From assembly GCA_002729695.1 (NCBI GenBank), contig PBYQ01000035.1:65344-129343 (forward strand): 64,000 nucleotides of DNA. Direction: 5' to 3'. A program made the position numbers and the translations under genes. This DNA comes from Citromicrobium sp. GTDB taxonomy: Bacteria; Pseudomonadota; Alphaproteobacteria; Sphingomonadales; Sphingomonadaceae. This document shows, piece after piece, positions 37,369 to 45,919 of this stretch (the first letter of the stretch is position 1; the number at the start of each line of letters is the position of its first letter). The notes beneath the pieces were generated by a model. That model made no database searches, was not told where the DNA came from, and saw nothing but the letters and a program-made list of their open reading frames with translations.

Positions 37369-39908
37369 AGATCGAGATTCCAGAATTCGCGCTTGTCCTT
37401 CTGGTTGGCGCGTCGGGTATGGGCAAGTCTACCTTTGCGTCGAAGCACTTCCTGCCGACTGAGGTCGTATCCTCGGATCGCATGCGTGGTTGGATTGCCG
37501 ATGACGAGACTGACCAGTCCGCCACCGGCGACGCCTTCGACGTGCTCCATTTCATCGTCGAGAAACGGCTCAAGAACCGGCGGTTCACGGTCGTTGATGC
37601 AACCAGTGTACAACCGGAATCCCGCAAGAGCCTGGTCGCGCTTGCCCGCAAATGGCACGCCCTGGTCGTCGCCATTACCTTCGAACTGCCCGAAGAAGTC
37701 GCACTTGCTCGCAACGCCGAGCGTCCCGACCGCCAGTTTGGTGCAGGACCGGTCCGTCGCCAGATGCTCAATCTGAAACGCTCCATCAAAAGCATGGGGC
37801 GCGAAGGCATCCGCTACGTGCATCGCTTGCGCTCCATCGAGCAGGTGGAGGCGGTCGAGATAACGCGGACGCGCCTTTGGACTGACCGTCGCGAAGACTC
37901 CGGACCGTTCGACATTATCGGTGACGTGCACGGTTGTGCCGATGAACTCGAAACCATCTTGGACGAGCTTGGCTATCAAGTTTCGTGGGATGGCAAGGAC
38001 GTCCATGTAACTCCACCTGAAGGTCGCAGGGCGATCTTCGTTGGTGACCTCGTTGATCGTGGACCGCGTTCACCTGACGTCCTGCGTATCGCGAAACACA
38101 TGGTGGACTCCGGCACTGCCTTGGCCGTGGTCGGAAACCACGATGACAAGCTGAAGCGCCATCTGTCTGGCCGCAACGTCAAGCCGACGCACGGCCTTGC
38201 CGAGACCATCGAGCAGCTTGGTAGCGAGCCGCCGGAGTTCTTGGCTGAGATGCGCGAGTGGCTCGACGGTCTTTTGAGTCACTACCTGCTCGACGATGGG
38301 AAGCTCGTCGTCGCCCATGCCGGTCTAAAGGAAGAAATGCAGGGCCGCGCCTCTGGCGCGATCCGCAGCTTCTGCATGTATGGTGAAACGACTGGCGAGG
38401 TCGATGAGTTTGGCCTCCCCGTCAGGTGGGACTGGGCATCCGAATACAAGGGTCGCGCAAAGGTCGTTTACGGGCACACCCCGGTGCTCGAAGCGAACTG
38501 GGTCAACGGCACGATTTGCATCGATACCGGCTGCGTGTTCGGCGGCAAATTGACCGCTCTTCGCTACCCCGAACTTGAGTTGGTATCGGTCGACGCCGAG
38601 CAGACCTACTACGAGCCGATCAGGCCACTTGGTGGTCCCGCAGCCGATACGGGGAGCACGCCTGCACATCAGCTCAACATCGCTGACGTGCTCGGCAAGC
38701 AGGTAATCGAAACTGGCCTCTATGGTCATGTGACGGTGCGTGAAGACAACGCCGCTGCCGCACTAGAGGTAATGACTCGGCACGCAGTCGATCCGCACTG
38801 GCTGATCCATCTGCCGCCGACCATGTCGCCAGCGGAAACGAGCGCACAGGAAGGATGGCTAGAGCGGCCGGAAGAGGCCTTCGCCTATTACGGCTCGAAG
38901 GGCGCACGAAAGCTTGTGCTCGAAGAAAAGCACATGGGCTCGCGCGCGCTCATCGTGCTGTCGAAAACCCAAGAAACCGCGGCAAAGCGCTTTGGCGTTC
39001 ACGATGGTTCTCGAGGAACCATCGTGACCCGAACCGGTCGGCGCTTTTTCAACGATGCCGAATTGGAGGCGTCGGTTCTGCACCGCGTGGACCAGGCGAT
39101 GGAGAGTTCGGGCCTGTGGACTGAGCTCGATACCGATTGGGTCCTGTGGGACTGTGAAATCATGCCTTGGAGCATGAAGGCCGGTGCGCTTGTGCGCGGC
39201 CAATACGCTTCAGTTGGCGCAGCCGCCAACTCTGGATTGTCTGCCCTCGATGCCGCTTTGCAGGCTGCCATCGCACGTGGCGTGGATGTCAAAGATTTGG
39301 GCGCGCGAGTGTCCCAGCGCGTCGAAGACGCGGCGAGCTATCGCGAAGCGTACAATCGGTATGTCCACCCGTTCGAGGGCATAGCAGATCTGAAGATCGC
39401 ACCGTTTCATCTTTTGGCATCTGAGGGTCAGGTACATTCCGATAAGGATCACCTCTGGCACATGGGGATGGCTCACAGGCTATGTGCGGCTGACGCAGAC
39501 CTACTGCTTGCGACCGAATATCGAGCTCTCGATCTCGACGACGCTACTCAGGTTCAAGAGGCAATCGAATGGTGGGAGGCCATGACCGCCAAGGGTGGCG
39601 AGGGCATGGTGGTCAAGCCGCTCGACTTCATCGCTCGCGGTCGGCGCGGCCTTCTGCAACCTGCCATCAAGTGTCGGGGGCGGGAGTATCTGCGGATTAT
39701 CTATGGCCCGCACTACGACCGACCAGGCAACATCGAGCGGCTGAAAAAACGAGGACTTGGCCAGAAGCGGTCAATGGCATTGCGCGAATTCGCGTTGGGG
39801 ATCGAGGCGCTGAAACGGTTCGTCGACCACGCTCCGCTCACACGCGTGCACCAATGCGTGTTCGGAGTGCTGGCGATGGAGAGTGAGCCGGTTGATCCGC
39901 GGCTTTAA
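37365..39908 (+). CDS. pnkp: Polynucleotide kinase-phosphatase (Pnkp), with kinase, phosphoesterase and ligase-like domains
   Basis: ATGA overlap with hen1. P-loop GASGMGKST; calcineurin-type GDVHGC, GDLVDRGP and GNHD; C-terminal nucleotidyltransferase-like region containing EEKHMGSR. Confidence 0.9.
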   Translation: MKIEIPEFALVLLVGASGMGKSTFASKHFLPTEVVSSDRMRGWIADDETDQSATGDAFDVLHFIVEKRLKNRRFTVVDATSVQPESRKSLVALARKWHALVVAITFELPEEVALARNAERPDRQFGAGPVRRQMLNLKRSIKSMGREGIRYVHRLRSIEQVEAVEITRTRLWTDRREDSGPFDIIGDVHGCADELETILDELGYQVSWDGKDVHVTPPEGRRAIFVGDLVDRGPRSPDVLRIAKHMVDSGTALAVVGNHDDKLKRHLSGRNVKPTHGLAETIEQLGSEPPEFLAEMREWLDGLLSHYLLDDGKLVVAHAGLKEEMQGRASGAIRSFCMYGETTGEVDEFGLPVRWDWASEYKGRAKVVYGHTPVLEANWVNGTICIDTGCVFGGKLTALRYPELELVSVDAEQTYYEPIRPLGGPAADTGSTPAHQLNIADVLGKQVIETGLYGHVTVREDNAAAALEVMTRHAVDPHWLIHLPPTMSPAETSAQEGWLERPEEAFAYYGSKGARKLVLEEKHMGSRALIVLSKTQETAAKRFGVHDGSRGTIVTRTGRRFFNDAELEASVLHRVDQAMESSGLWTELDTDWVLWDCEIMPWSMKAGALVRGQYASVGAAANSGLSALDAALQAAIARGVDVKDLGARVSQRVEDAASYREAYNRYVHPFEGIADLKIAPFHLLASEGQVHSDKDHLWHMGMAHRLCAADADLLLATEYRALDLDDATQVQEAIEWWEAMTAKGGEGMVVKPLDFIARGRRGLLQPAIKCRGREYLRIIYGPHYDRPGNIERLKKRGLGQKRSMALREFALGIEALKRFVDHAPLTRVHQCVFGVLAMESEPVDPRL

Positions 39909-42244
39909 GTACGGACCCTGGCCCGCTGCCGGAGGCGTTCATAAAGCTGCACCTCCGCTTCGTGTGACAGTTCGACTGTCACAGCAAAATTCTGGCGACC
40001 AACGTCTCCAGCCCAACCACCCGCGCAGCGGACCACAAGGTAATAGTTGTCGCCGTATTGCTGGATGTCTCTTGAGAAGGTCACAGAAGCAGTTTGAAGA
40101 CTTGATTTCTCGCGGATCGTAGAACTTGGACTCAAATCGCAGTTGTAGCGGTTCTCAACTCGCGGAAACGGCCCTTCCTCTGCGGTTCGCTGGCGAAAAT
40201 GCTCAAAGATCAAGTCAGGCTCACAGCCCCGGATGAGCCGAAATCCCATAGAGACACCATTATAGTCGAGACGACTGTGTCGAACCGGCGGATCATAGGC
40301 TAAACTCACGCGGACCGTGCGGCGGCCGCGCTCCGTTTGAAATGCGTCTGGGATGGGTATCTGGTAAACAGCGAAATGATCGATCTCGAGCTCATCCTCA
40401 GCATAGAGAATGACCCGCGCATCGTCGGAGAACGACGCCCTTTCGGCATCTACTAGCCCATGTCCGCAAAGGTCGAGGGCCGCTCGTCCTCCCAACGGCT
40501 CAAGACGCCTCAGTGCCTCTTCTGGAGGAAGAGCACTGCTTGCTAGAAGTGCGCGAACAAGATTTGCAGATGCATCAGGAAAGCGAGCCAGTATTTGGCT
40601 CGCCTTGAAAGCGACGAGTGGAGCGGCGTACGACGTACCCGAATAGGTCGCAAACAAGCGATCTATTGGCCGATAATGAAGCGAGACAACACCGGCTTCG
40701 GGCCTTGCTTCGCCGCCGCGCAACGCAATTGCTTGCCCGTCATAAATCAGCGTTCCGCCAATGTCTGCGAAATCGGGCTTGATCGATCCCCGCACACCCG
40801 GTCCGGCACGTGAGAACGGAGATGGCTCGTTCAGATCGGCGATGGGACGAATTCCGATATTCTCTTGAGCTTGTCGGCCCAGGCCATTGCTATGCGCAAG
40901 CGAACCGACGGTAACAATGTTCATTCCGCCCGCCGGTTCACAAAGGCGGTTGCTTGGTTCGACCAGATAGCGAGGATATTCCGTAACCGCCTCTTCGATT
41001 CTGTTGCCACCTCGCGGTTGGTGATTTCCGGCGGACACGATGATGACCACGTCCAGCTCACGGACAAGTTCGTCGAGGGTTTGCGTCCAAGGGCCAACCT
41101 TGGATCCTTCGATGAGCTTTTTACGATCACCCAGCGCCACCACAAAAATACGGCAACCAAACTCATCGTGTAAGCGGGTGACAGCCTCGCGCATTAGACG
41201 CGGAGTGAGCCGACTATTCGGAAATCGCCCCCGATCATCCACTACCTTCGCCGAGCAGAGCCTTGCGTAGCGAACCAGCCTCTCCTGCCCAAGCTGAGCC
41301 CGCAAATCGCCAAAGGCGGCTATTCCTCCGACAAAGGTGCCATGGCAAAAATCATCGGCAGTACCGAGCGTGTCCGGAATGGCGATGGATCCCGCGATAA
41401 CGTCTTCAATTAGAGGGTGATCGTTGATCCCGCTATCAATGATGCCAATTAACGGGAGATCGTCGGTCGCGTCCTCGGGGTCTGGCACATCCGCCAACGG
41501 TCGCTCGATTAACTCACTCGTGGTGAGATCGGGCTCAGGCGGAAAGTCGAGTTCGGCGATCTCCTCGATGTTCAGCAGACTGCGGGCCACCGTTCCATCG
41601 GCACGCAATCGAAGCATCGTCAAATTTGGACCAATGTGACGGTCCAACTCTTCTGCCCCGAGGGCCTCTGAGTATGCAGCGATGTCGTCGAGCTTGCGCT
41701 CACGCAAGGCTCGTGGTCCCAAATCCCAAAGTTCGATATCGAGTATATACTCTACACCCGCCTGGAAATCGTCGACCTCAACCAAGCCTTCCTCGCGCGC
41801 GCGCATCCCAATGCGATCACGCGGCGCGACCTCGGCGATCGCATCAACATTTGCGATGAAAGCGGCATAAGCCGGGTTCTGCCGACCCGGCTGCGTTCCT
41901 TGCCCATAGCTGTCTAGCTTGTTCCGGAACTCATCAAGTTCATCACTGTCGGCAAACAAAATGAGTGTGCGATCCTCGTCGCTCGAGAGGACAGTCAGCC
42001 CAACTTTCGCCCACTCATCCTCTTGGAGTGCCCCATGCATCTGGACACGCAAAATAAGTGATGGATCGACGGAATCAGGTCTGCGTCGCCTTCTTTGTGA
42101 CGCTATTGCTTCGTCGAGCTCGTCGCTGAGCTGGCGGCTGTGCCCGCCGGGATTTCGTTGCGGTGGTGGCCCACCGCCGCCGGTTTTGCGGCGAGGGAGG
42201 CGCTCCGGCAGCCTGACAAGCTCAAGGTGATCGTAGCGAGGCAA
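39905..42244 (-). CDS. Cytoplasmic S8 (subtilisin-like) serine peptidase, IetS-like
   Basis: 779 aa, TTG start. Triad D270 (IGIIDSG), H301 (FCHGTFV) and S538 (SGTSYAAP), oxyanion N407 (SAGN). It has a ~265-aa N-terminal and a ~240-aa C-terminal extension. The N-terminus is charged and has no signal peptide. Confidence 0.85.
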   Translation of the reverse strand: MPRYDHLELVRLPERLPRRKTGGGGPPPQRNPGGHSRQLSDELDEAIASQRRRRRPDSVDPSLILRVQMHGALQEDEWAKVGLTVLSSDEDRTLILFADSDELDEFRNKLDSYGQGTQPGRQNPAYAAFIANVDAIAEVAPRDRIGMRAREEGLVEVDDFQAGVEYILDIELWDLGPRALRERKLDDIAAYSEALGAEELDRHIGPNLTMLRLRADGTVARSLLNIEEIAELDFPPEPDLTTSELIERPLADVPDPEDATDDLPLIGIIDSGINDHPLIEDVIAGSIAIPDTLGTADDFCHGTFVGGIAAFGDLRAQLGQERLVRYARLCSAKVVDDRGRFPNSRLTPRLMREAVTRLHDEFGCRIFVVALGDRKKLIEGSKVGPWTQTLDELVRELDVVIIVSAGNHQPRGGNRIEEAVTEYPRYLVEPSNRLCEPAGGMNIVTVGSLAHSNGLGRQAQENIGIRPIADLNEPSPFSRAGPGVRGSIKPDFADIGGTLIYDGQAIALRGGEARPEAGVVSLHYRPIDRLFATYSGTSYAAPLVAFKASQILARFPDASANLVRALLASSALPPEEALRRLEPLGGRAALDLCGHGLVDAERASFSDDARVILYAEDELEIDHFAVYQIPIPDAFQTERGRRTVRVSLAYDPPVRHSRLDYNGVSMGFRLIRGCEPDLIFEHFRQRTAEEGPFPRVENRYNCDLSPSSTIREKSSLQTASVTFSRDIQQYGDNYYLVVRCAGGWAGDVGRQNFAVTVELSHEAEVQLYERLRQRARVRT

Positions 42245-42251
42245 TGACAGC

Positions 42252-43238
42252 TCATGCTTCAGCTATACGCGCTGTGCGTCTACGCCGCCGCCGCTCATCA
42301 GCCAATGCATCGAGGAAGTCCTTTTCCGAAACCTGCTTTCGCTGATCGATGATCGATGCCTTGATCGCCTGAACACAGATCCTTTCCAGTTCAGCGTAGG
42401 AGTATCCATCTAACCCATCCAAATGAGCCTCGGGATCGAACTGCAATGGAACGTTCTTAAATTTCATTCGAAGGAAGCGAGCGGCCATTCGTCGATCAGG
42501 ACGGTCAAACCATATTACTTCGTCAAAACGCCGCCATATCGCGGAATCCAGAGATTGGTCGAAGTTGGTCGCAGCTACCAAAAAGCCTTTCGGTTGGATC
42601 CGATCAATGAATATCAGGAGGCTATTCACTACCCGGCGCAACTCGCTGTGCTCGCCATCTTCGCTCCGTGCACGGGCTAGCGCATCAAACTCATCGAAAA
42701 AGAGGACAGTAGGTTGCTTGCGAGCAAACTCGAAGATTTTGCGGATATTTGTCGCTGTTTCGCCAAGGTATGACGAGATTAGCCGGTCAATCTTAACGAT
42801 ATAGAGCGGCAAACCGAGTTCTGCAGCGAACACTTCAGCACACAATGTCTTGCCGCAGCCTGGCGGCCCGCAGAAAAGCAATTTGGAGCGCACAGGCAGG
42901 CCGCGCCGACGGATTTCGTCGCCGCGACGATATTCTCGCAGCAACGACAAGAAGATTCGCACATTCTCGGAGGACAGTACGATGTCCTGTTTGTTGTGTG
43001 ACGGCTCGACCAGCTCGATGAAATCACCAGCTGACTCTGGGAATGGAATTAATGGCGCAAGGCCTCTCGGCTTTGATCGCGGCGAAGGGCCGGCCTCCAA
43101 GGATTTGCGCAGCGAACGAGCCAGAACGCGGTTATTTTTCTTCTCCTCTTCGCCGATGATCTGCTCGGCCACAGCGCGGAACTCTTCGTCCCGGCCGTAA
43201 CTTGCCAGCAGCTTTTTCATCAACTCACCGCGCGCCAT
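42252..43238 (-). CDS. Classic-clade AAA+ ATPase, IetA-like
   Basis: Walker A GPPGCGKT, Walker B VLFFDEFD, sensor-1 ATN, and RRFD. It ends 7 nt upstream of the S8 gene. The start is uncertain (TTG 43271, ATG 43238 or ATG 43220). Confidence 0.85.
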   Translation of the reverse strand: MARGELMKKLLASYGRDEEFRAVAEQIIGEEEKKNNRVLARSLRKSLEAGPSPRSKPRGLAPLIPFPESAGDFIELVEPSHNKQDIVLSSENVRIFLSLLREYRRGDEIRRRGLPVRSKLLFCGPPGCGKTLCAEVFAAELGLPLYIVKIDRLISSYLGETATNIRKIFEFARKQPTVLFFDEFDALARARSEDGEHSELRRVVNSLLIFIDRIQPKGFLVAATNFDQSLDSAIWRRFDEVIWFDRPDRRMAARFLRMKFKNVPLQFDPEAHLDGLDGYSYAELERICVQAIKASIIDQRKQVSEKDFLDALADERRRRRRTARIAEA

Positions 43239-43423
43239 TCTCTTCCATTCAACCGAAGTCGCCCCAGACAACTATAGCGATTGTTCTCTAAATCGCCAGC
43301 AATGACGCGCAAGCGGATCACCGAACCTTTCGGAGCTATCTCGCTCTGGCGAAAGGATTCCTCTGGCGAAGAATCACAATCCGTATGCGCACCTTGTGCT
43401 TGTCCACATTTCGTCCACAAGGA

Positions 43424-44641
43424 TCAATTCCAAAGCGACTGATTTCCCCCGCACATTCGTTCGACTGCGTCGCCAATCTGCTGCGTCGCATCTAGCAAGT
43501 GGTCATCATCCAAATGCGCATACCGGGCCGTCGACTGGTGGTTCGCATGGCCAAGCAATCGACCGATCATGGGCAGCGTTTCCTTGTTCATGGCGGCATG
43601 GCTGGCGAAGGTGTGTCGCAGGTCATGGATGCGGACGTGACCAAGTCCGGCACGTTCGCGGATGCCTTTCCATGCCCAGGCCACATCGCGCATTTGCCGC
43701 CGGTACCGGTAGTTCCAGAACAGCCAAGGCAGTTTCCGATGGCGTGGAATGCCAGCAATGACCTCTCGTGCGGCGGAGCCGAGCCAGACGGTGCGCGGTC
43801 CTGTCTTGCTGTCGCGAAGGTTCAGCCGATTTCCCTTCACTTCGCCCCAGTGCAGATTGAGTATCTCGCCTCGTCGACAGCCGGTCAGCAGCAGCAAGGT
43901 GATTGCCGCGCCTTCACAGCGGGCGGTCAGATCGTCGCTCTCCCGTAGCTTCGCAAGCTCGATGCCGACGCGCCCCAGCTCTTCAACCGTCAAAAACCGC
44001 TCGCACTGGCGTTTGCGGTTTGGTCGGATCGACCGGCACGGGTTGGTATTCTCCAGCCGATACCCCCACGCCTCAGCCTTGTTGAGCATGTGCTTGAGGA
44101 TTTCGAGGGTCCGATTGGCAGCACCCGGACCGGTGCGGTTGTTGAGCTCGGCAAACCACTTGGTCACATGCTCTTCGTTGACCTCGTCGATGAAGACGCC
44201 CTTGAAGGCGTCATCGAGGTAGAGCCGCCGGTAGCGTGTGTGTGAATCGAGCGTCGAGGCTTTCCAACGCGGCGACCAGCGGGTCCAATATTCCTCAAGG
44301 AAATCGTCAAACCTCGGCGCGGATCGAATGCGCTTGCGATCGGTGGCCGGATCGCGCCCCACCTGCGCGTAGGCAATGACGCGGCGCGCGACCATTTGCG
44401 CCTGATGGCGCGTGAGGACCGAAGCCGGGCCGATAGTCACGGTGCGGAGCCTGCCGCCCATCCGGGTCTGTACGATGTAGACGTTCCGTCCGCTGGGATA
44501 GTGACGGATGCCGAAGCCGTGCTCGATCCCGAGCCAGGTAGTCGTCCGTGCCTTGCCCTTGGGAACGAGCCTGAAGTTTACCGATGCTCCAACCTCGGCC
44601 AGTGCCTCTTCGACGATGCGCTTGAGGCTGGCAGCGGTCAT
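43424..44641 (-). CDS. Tyrosine-type site-specific integrase (second of a tandem pair)
   Basis: 405 aa, with a DUF4102-like N-terminus. C-terminal catalytic motifs: LTGCRRGE, HDLRHTFAS, LLGH and ARYAHL. Confidence 0.9.
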   Translation of the reverse strand: MTAASLKRIVEEALAEVGASVNFRLVPKGKARTTTWLGIEHGFGIRHYPSGRNVYIVQTRMGGRLRTVTIGPASVLTRHQAQMVARRVIAYAQVGRDPATDRKRIRSAPRFDDFLEEYWTRWSPRWKASTLDSHTRYRRLYLDDAFKGVFIDEVNEEHVTKWFAELNNRTGPGAANRTLEILKHMLNKAEAWGYRLENTNPCRSIRPNRKRQCERFLTVEELGRVGIELAKLRESDDLTARCEGAAITLLLLTGCRRGEILNLHWGEVKGNRLNLRDSKTGPRTVWLGSAAREVIAGIPRHRKLPWLFWNYRYRRQMRDVAWAWKGIRERAGLGHVRIHDLRHTFASHAAMNKETLPMIGRLLGHANHQSTARYAHLDDDHLLDATQQIGDAVERMCGGNQSLWN

Positions 44642-45810
44642 GACCGCAGTCCAATCGCCTGTGCCAGCGAGCCTGAAATACGTTCGGCGGCATCGCCGAT
44701 CACGTCATCGGACAGATGCGCGTACTTCGCCGTCGTCTCCGGCAAGACGTGACCGAGCAGCTTGCCGATAGTGGCGAGCGGCACGTTGTCCATGATCGCG
44801 GTCGAAGCGAAGCTGTGCCGCAGATCGTGGACGCGCAGGTCGGGCATCGCGCAGCGTCGCCGCAGATTGTACCACCACGGCTCGATGTTGACCGGGTGCT
44901 TGCCCCGTGAGTTTACGAACACCAGCGCGTCATCTTCACCGCGCTCAAATCCGGCCAGCACCTCCAGCGCCTGTGAATTGAGCCAGATCACCTTCGGGCC
45001 GGTCTTGCTGTCGGGCAGCACGAGCCGGGGCGGTTTAACCATTCCCCATCGAAGAAACCTGATCTCGCCCAACCGGGCTCCGGTGAACATCAGCAGCCGC
45101 ACTATTGCGACCGGGATGGGATGCTCGGCTTCGGCCTCACGCAAAGCCGCGCCCAAGCGGCGATACTCTGCAGGTGTGAGGTACCGCTCCATCTTCGGGC
45201 GCTTGAAGCGCGGCATTCCCCGGCAAGGGTTCGATCCCTTGCGCCGCATCCGCAGCGCCTCGGCGTATTTCATGAGCGAGGCGAGTACGGGCACGGCGCG
45301 GTTGAAGCTTGTTTCGCCTGCCCCAGAGCAGCCGTCGCGCCAGCGGTGGATGTCGGCGGGCATGATGTCCGCCACCCGCATAGCGCCAAATTCCGGCTCG
45401 ATGGAAAGCCGCCACGCATTGCGATTGCGCTTGATCGTCGAAGGCTTCCAGACCCGCGAAAGGTCATCCCAATACGTCTCGACGAAATCGGAAAGCGTTG
45501 GCGTGGCTTTGACCACGGCACGCTTGGGCAGACCGTCCAGCGCCACCTCAGCCAGAATGCGCCGCGCTTGTGCCCTTGCTACGCCAGCGTCCAGTTCATC
45601 GGTTCGGCCAAGCGAAATCCGGCGATGCTTGCCGCGATGTCGTACGCGGACAAACCAGAAGTAATTGCCGCTCGGCCTGACACGCAGGCCGAACCCGGCA
45701 AGCTCAGTATCCCAGATGCAATATTCGGTCTCGCGAAGCGGCAGCTTGCGCCGCGCGAAATTACCATCGAGCAGTGCCCGGCGCCCGGGCTTTCGCCGCC
45801 TGGGGACCAT
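44638..45810 (-). CDS. Tyrosine-type site-specific integrase (first of the tandem pair, next to the right repeat)
   Basis: FTGARLGE, HDLRHSFAS, LLGH and AKYAHL. The start is chosen at the internal ATG 45810 (MVPRRRKPG...) because the 45951 start would overlap the cupin gene. ATGA overlap with the next integrase. Confidence 0.85.
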   Translation of the reverse strand: MVPRRRKPGRRALLDGNFARRKLPLRETEYCIWDTELAGFGLRVRPSGNYFWFVRVRHRGKHRRISLGRTDELDAGVARAQARRILAEVALDGLPKRAVVKATPTLSDFVETYWDDLSRVWKPSTIKRNRNAWRLSIEPEFGAMRVADIMPADIHRWRDGCSGAGETSFNRAVPVLASLMKYAEALRMRRKGSNPCRGMPRFKRPKMERYLTPAEYRRLGAALREAEAEHPIPVAIVRLLMFTGARLGEIRFLRWGMVKPPRLVLPDSKTGPKVIWLNSQALEVLAGFERGEDDALVFVNSRGKHPVNIEPWWYNLRRRCAMPDLRVHDLRHSFASTAIMDNVPLATIGKLLGHVLPETTAKYAHLSDDVIGDAAERISGSLAQAIGLRS

Positions 45811-45919
45811 ATGGCAATCGTCACTAGCAAAACTGCCCCCAAAAGTCGCGGAATTACCGTCATTTGCGGGGACCGGATGGCCTTCAACAGCATGCCTGCT
45901 GTCGAGCACTTCCAGCATC

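Noticed and set aside
43392-43422. DnaA-box-like TTGTCCACA and a second GTCCACA inside a 7-bp inverted repeat (CCTTGTG...CACAAGG) after the second integrase
   Set aside because: It was considered as a replication origin or DnaA titration site. With only two short imperfect copies on an island lacking a replication gene, it is more simply a weak hairpin or the AAA-gene promoter region.
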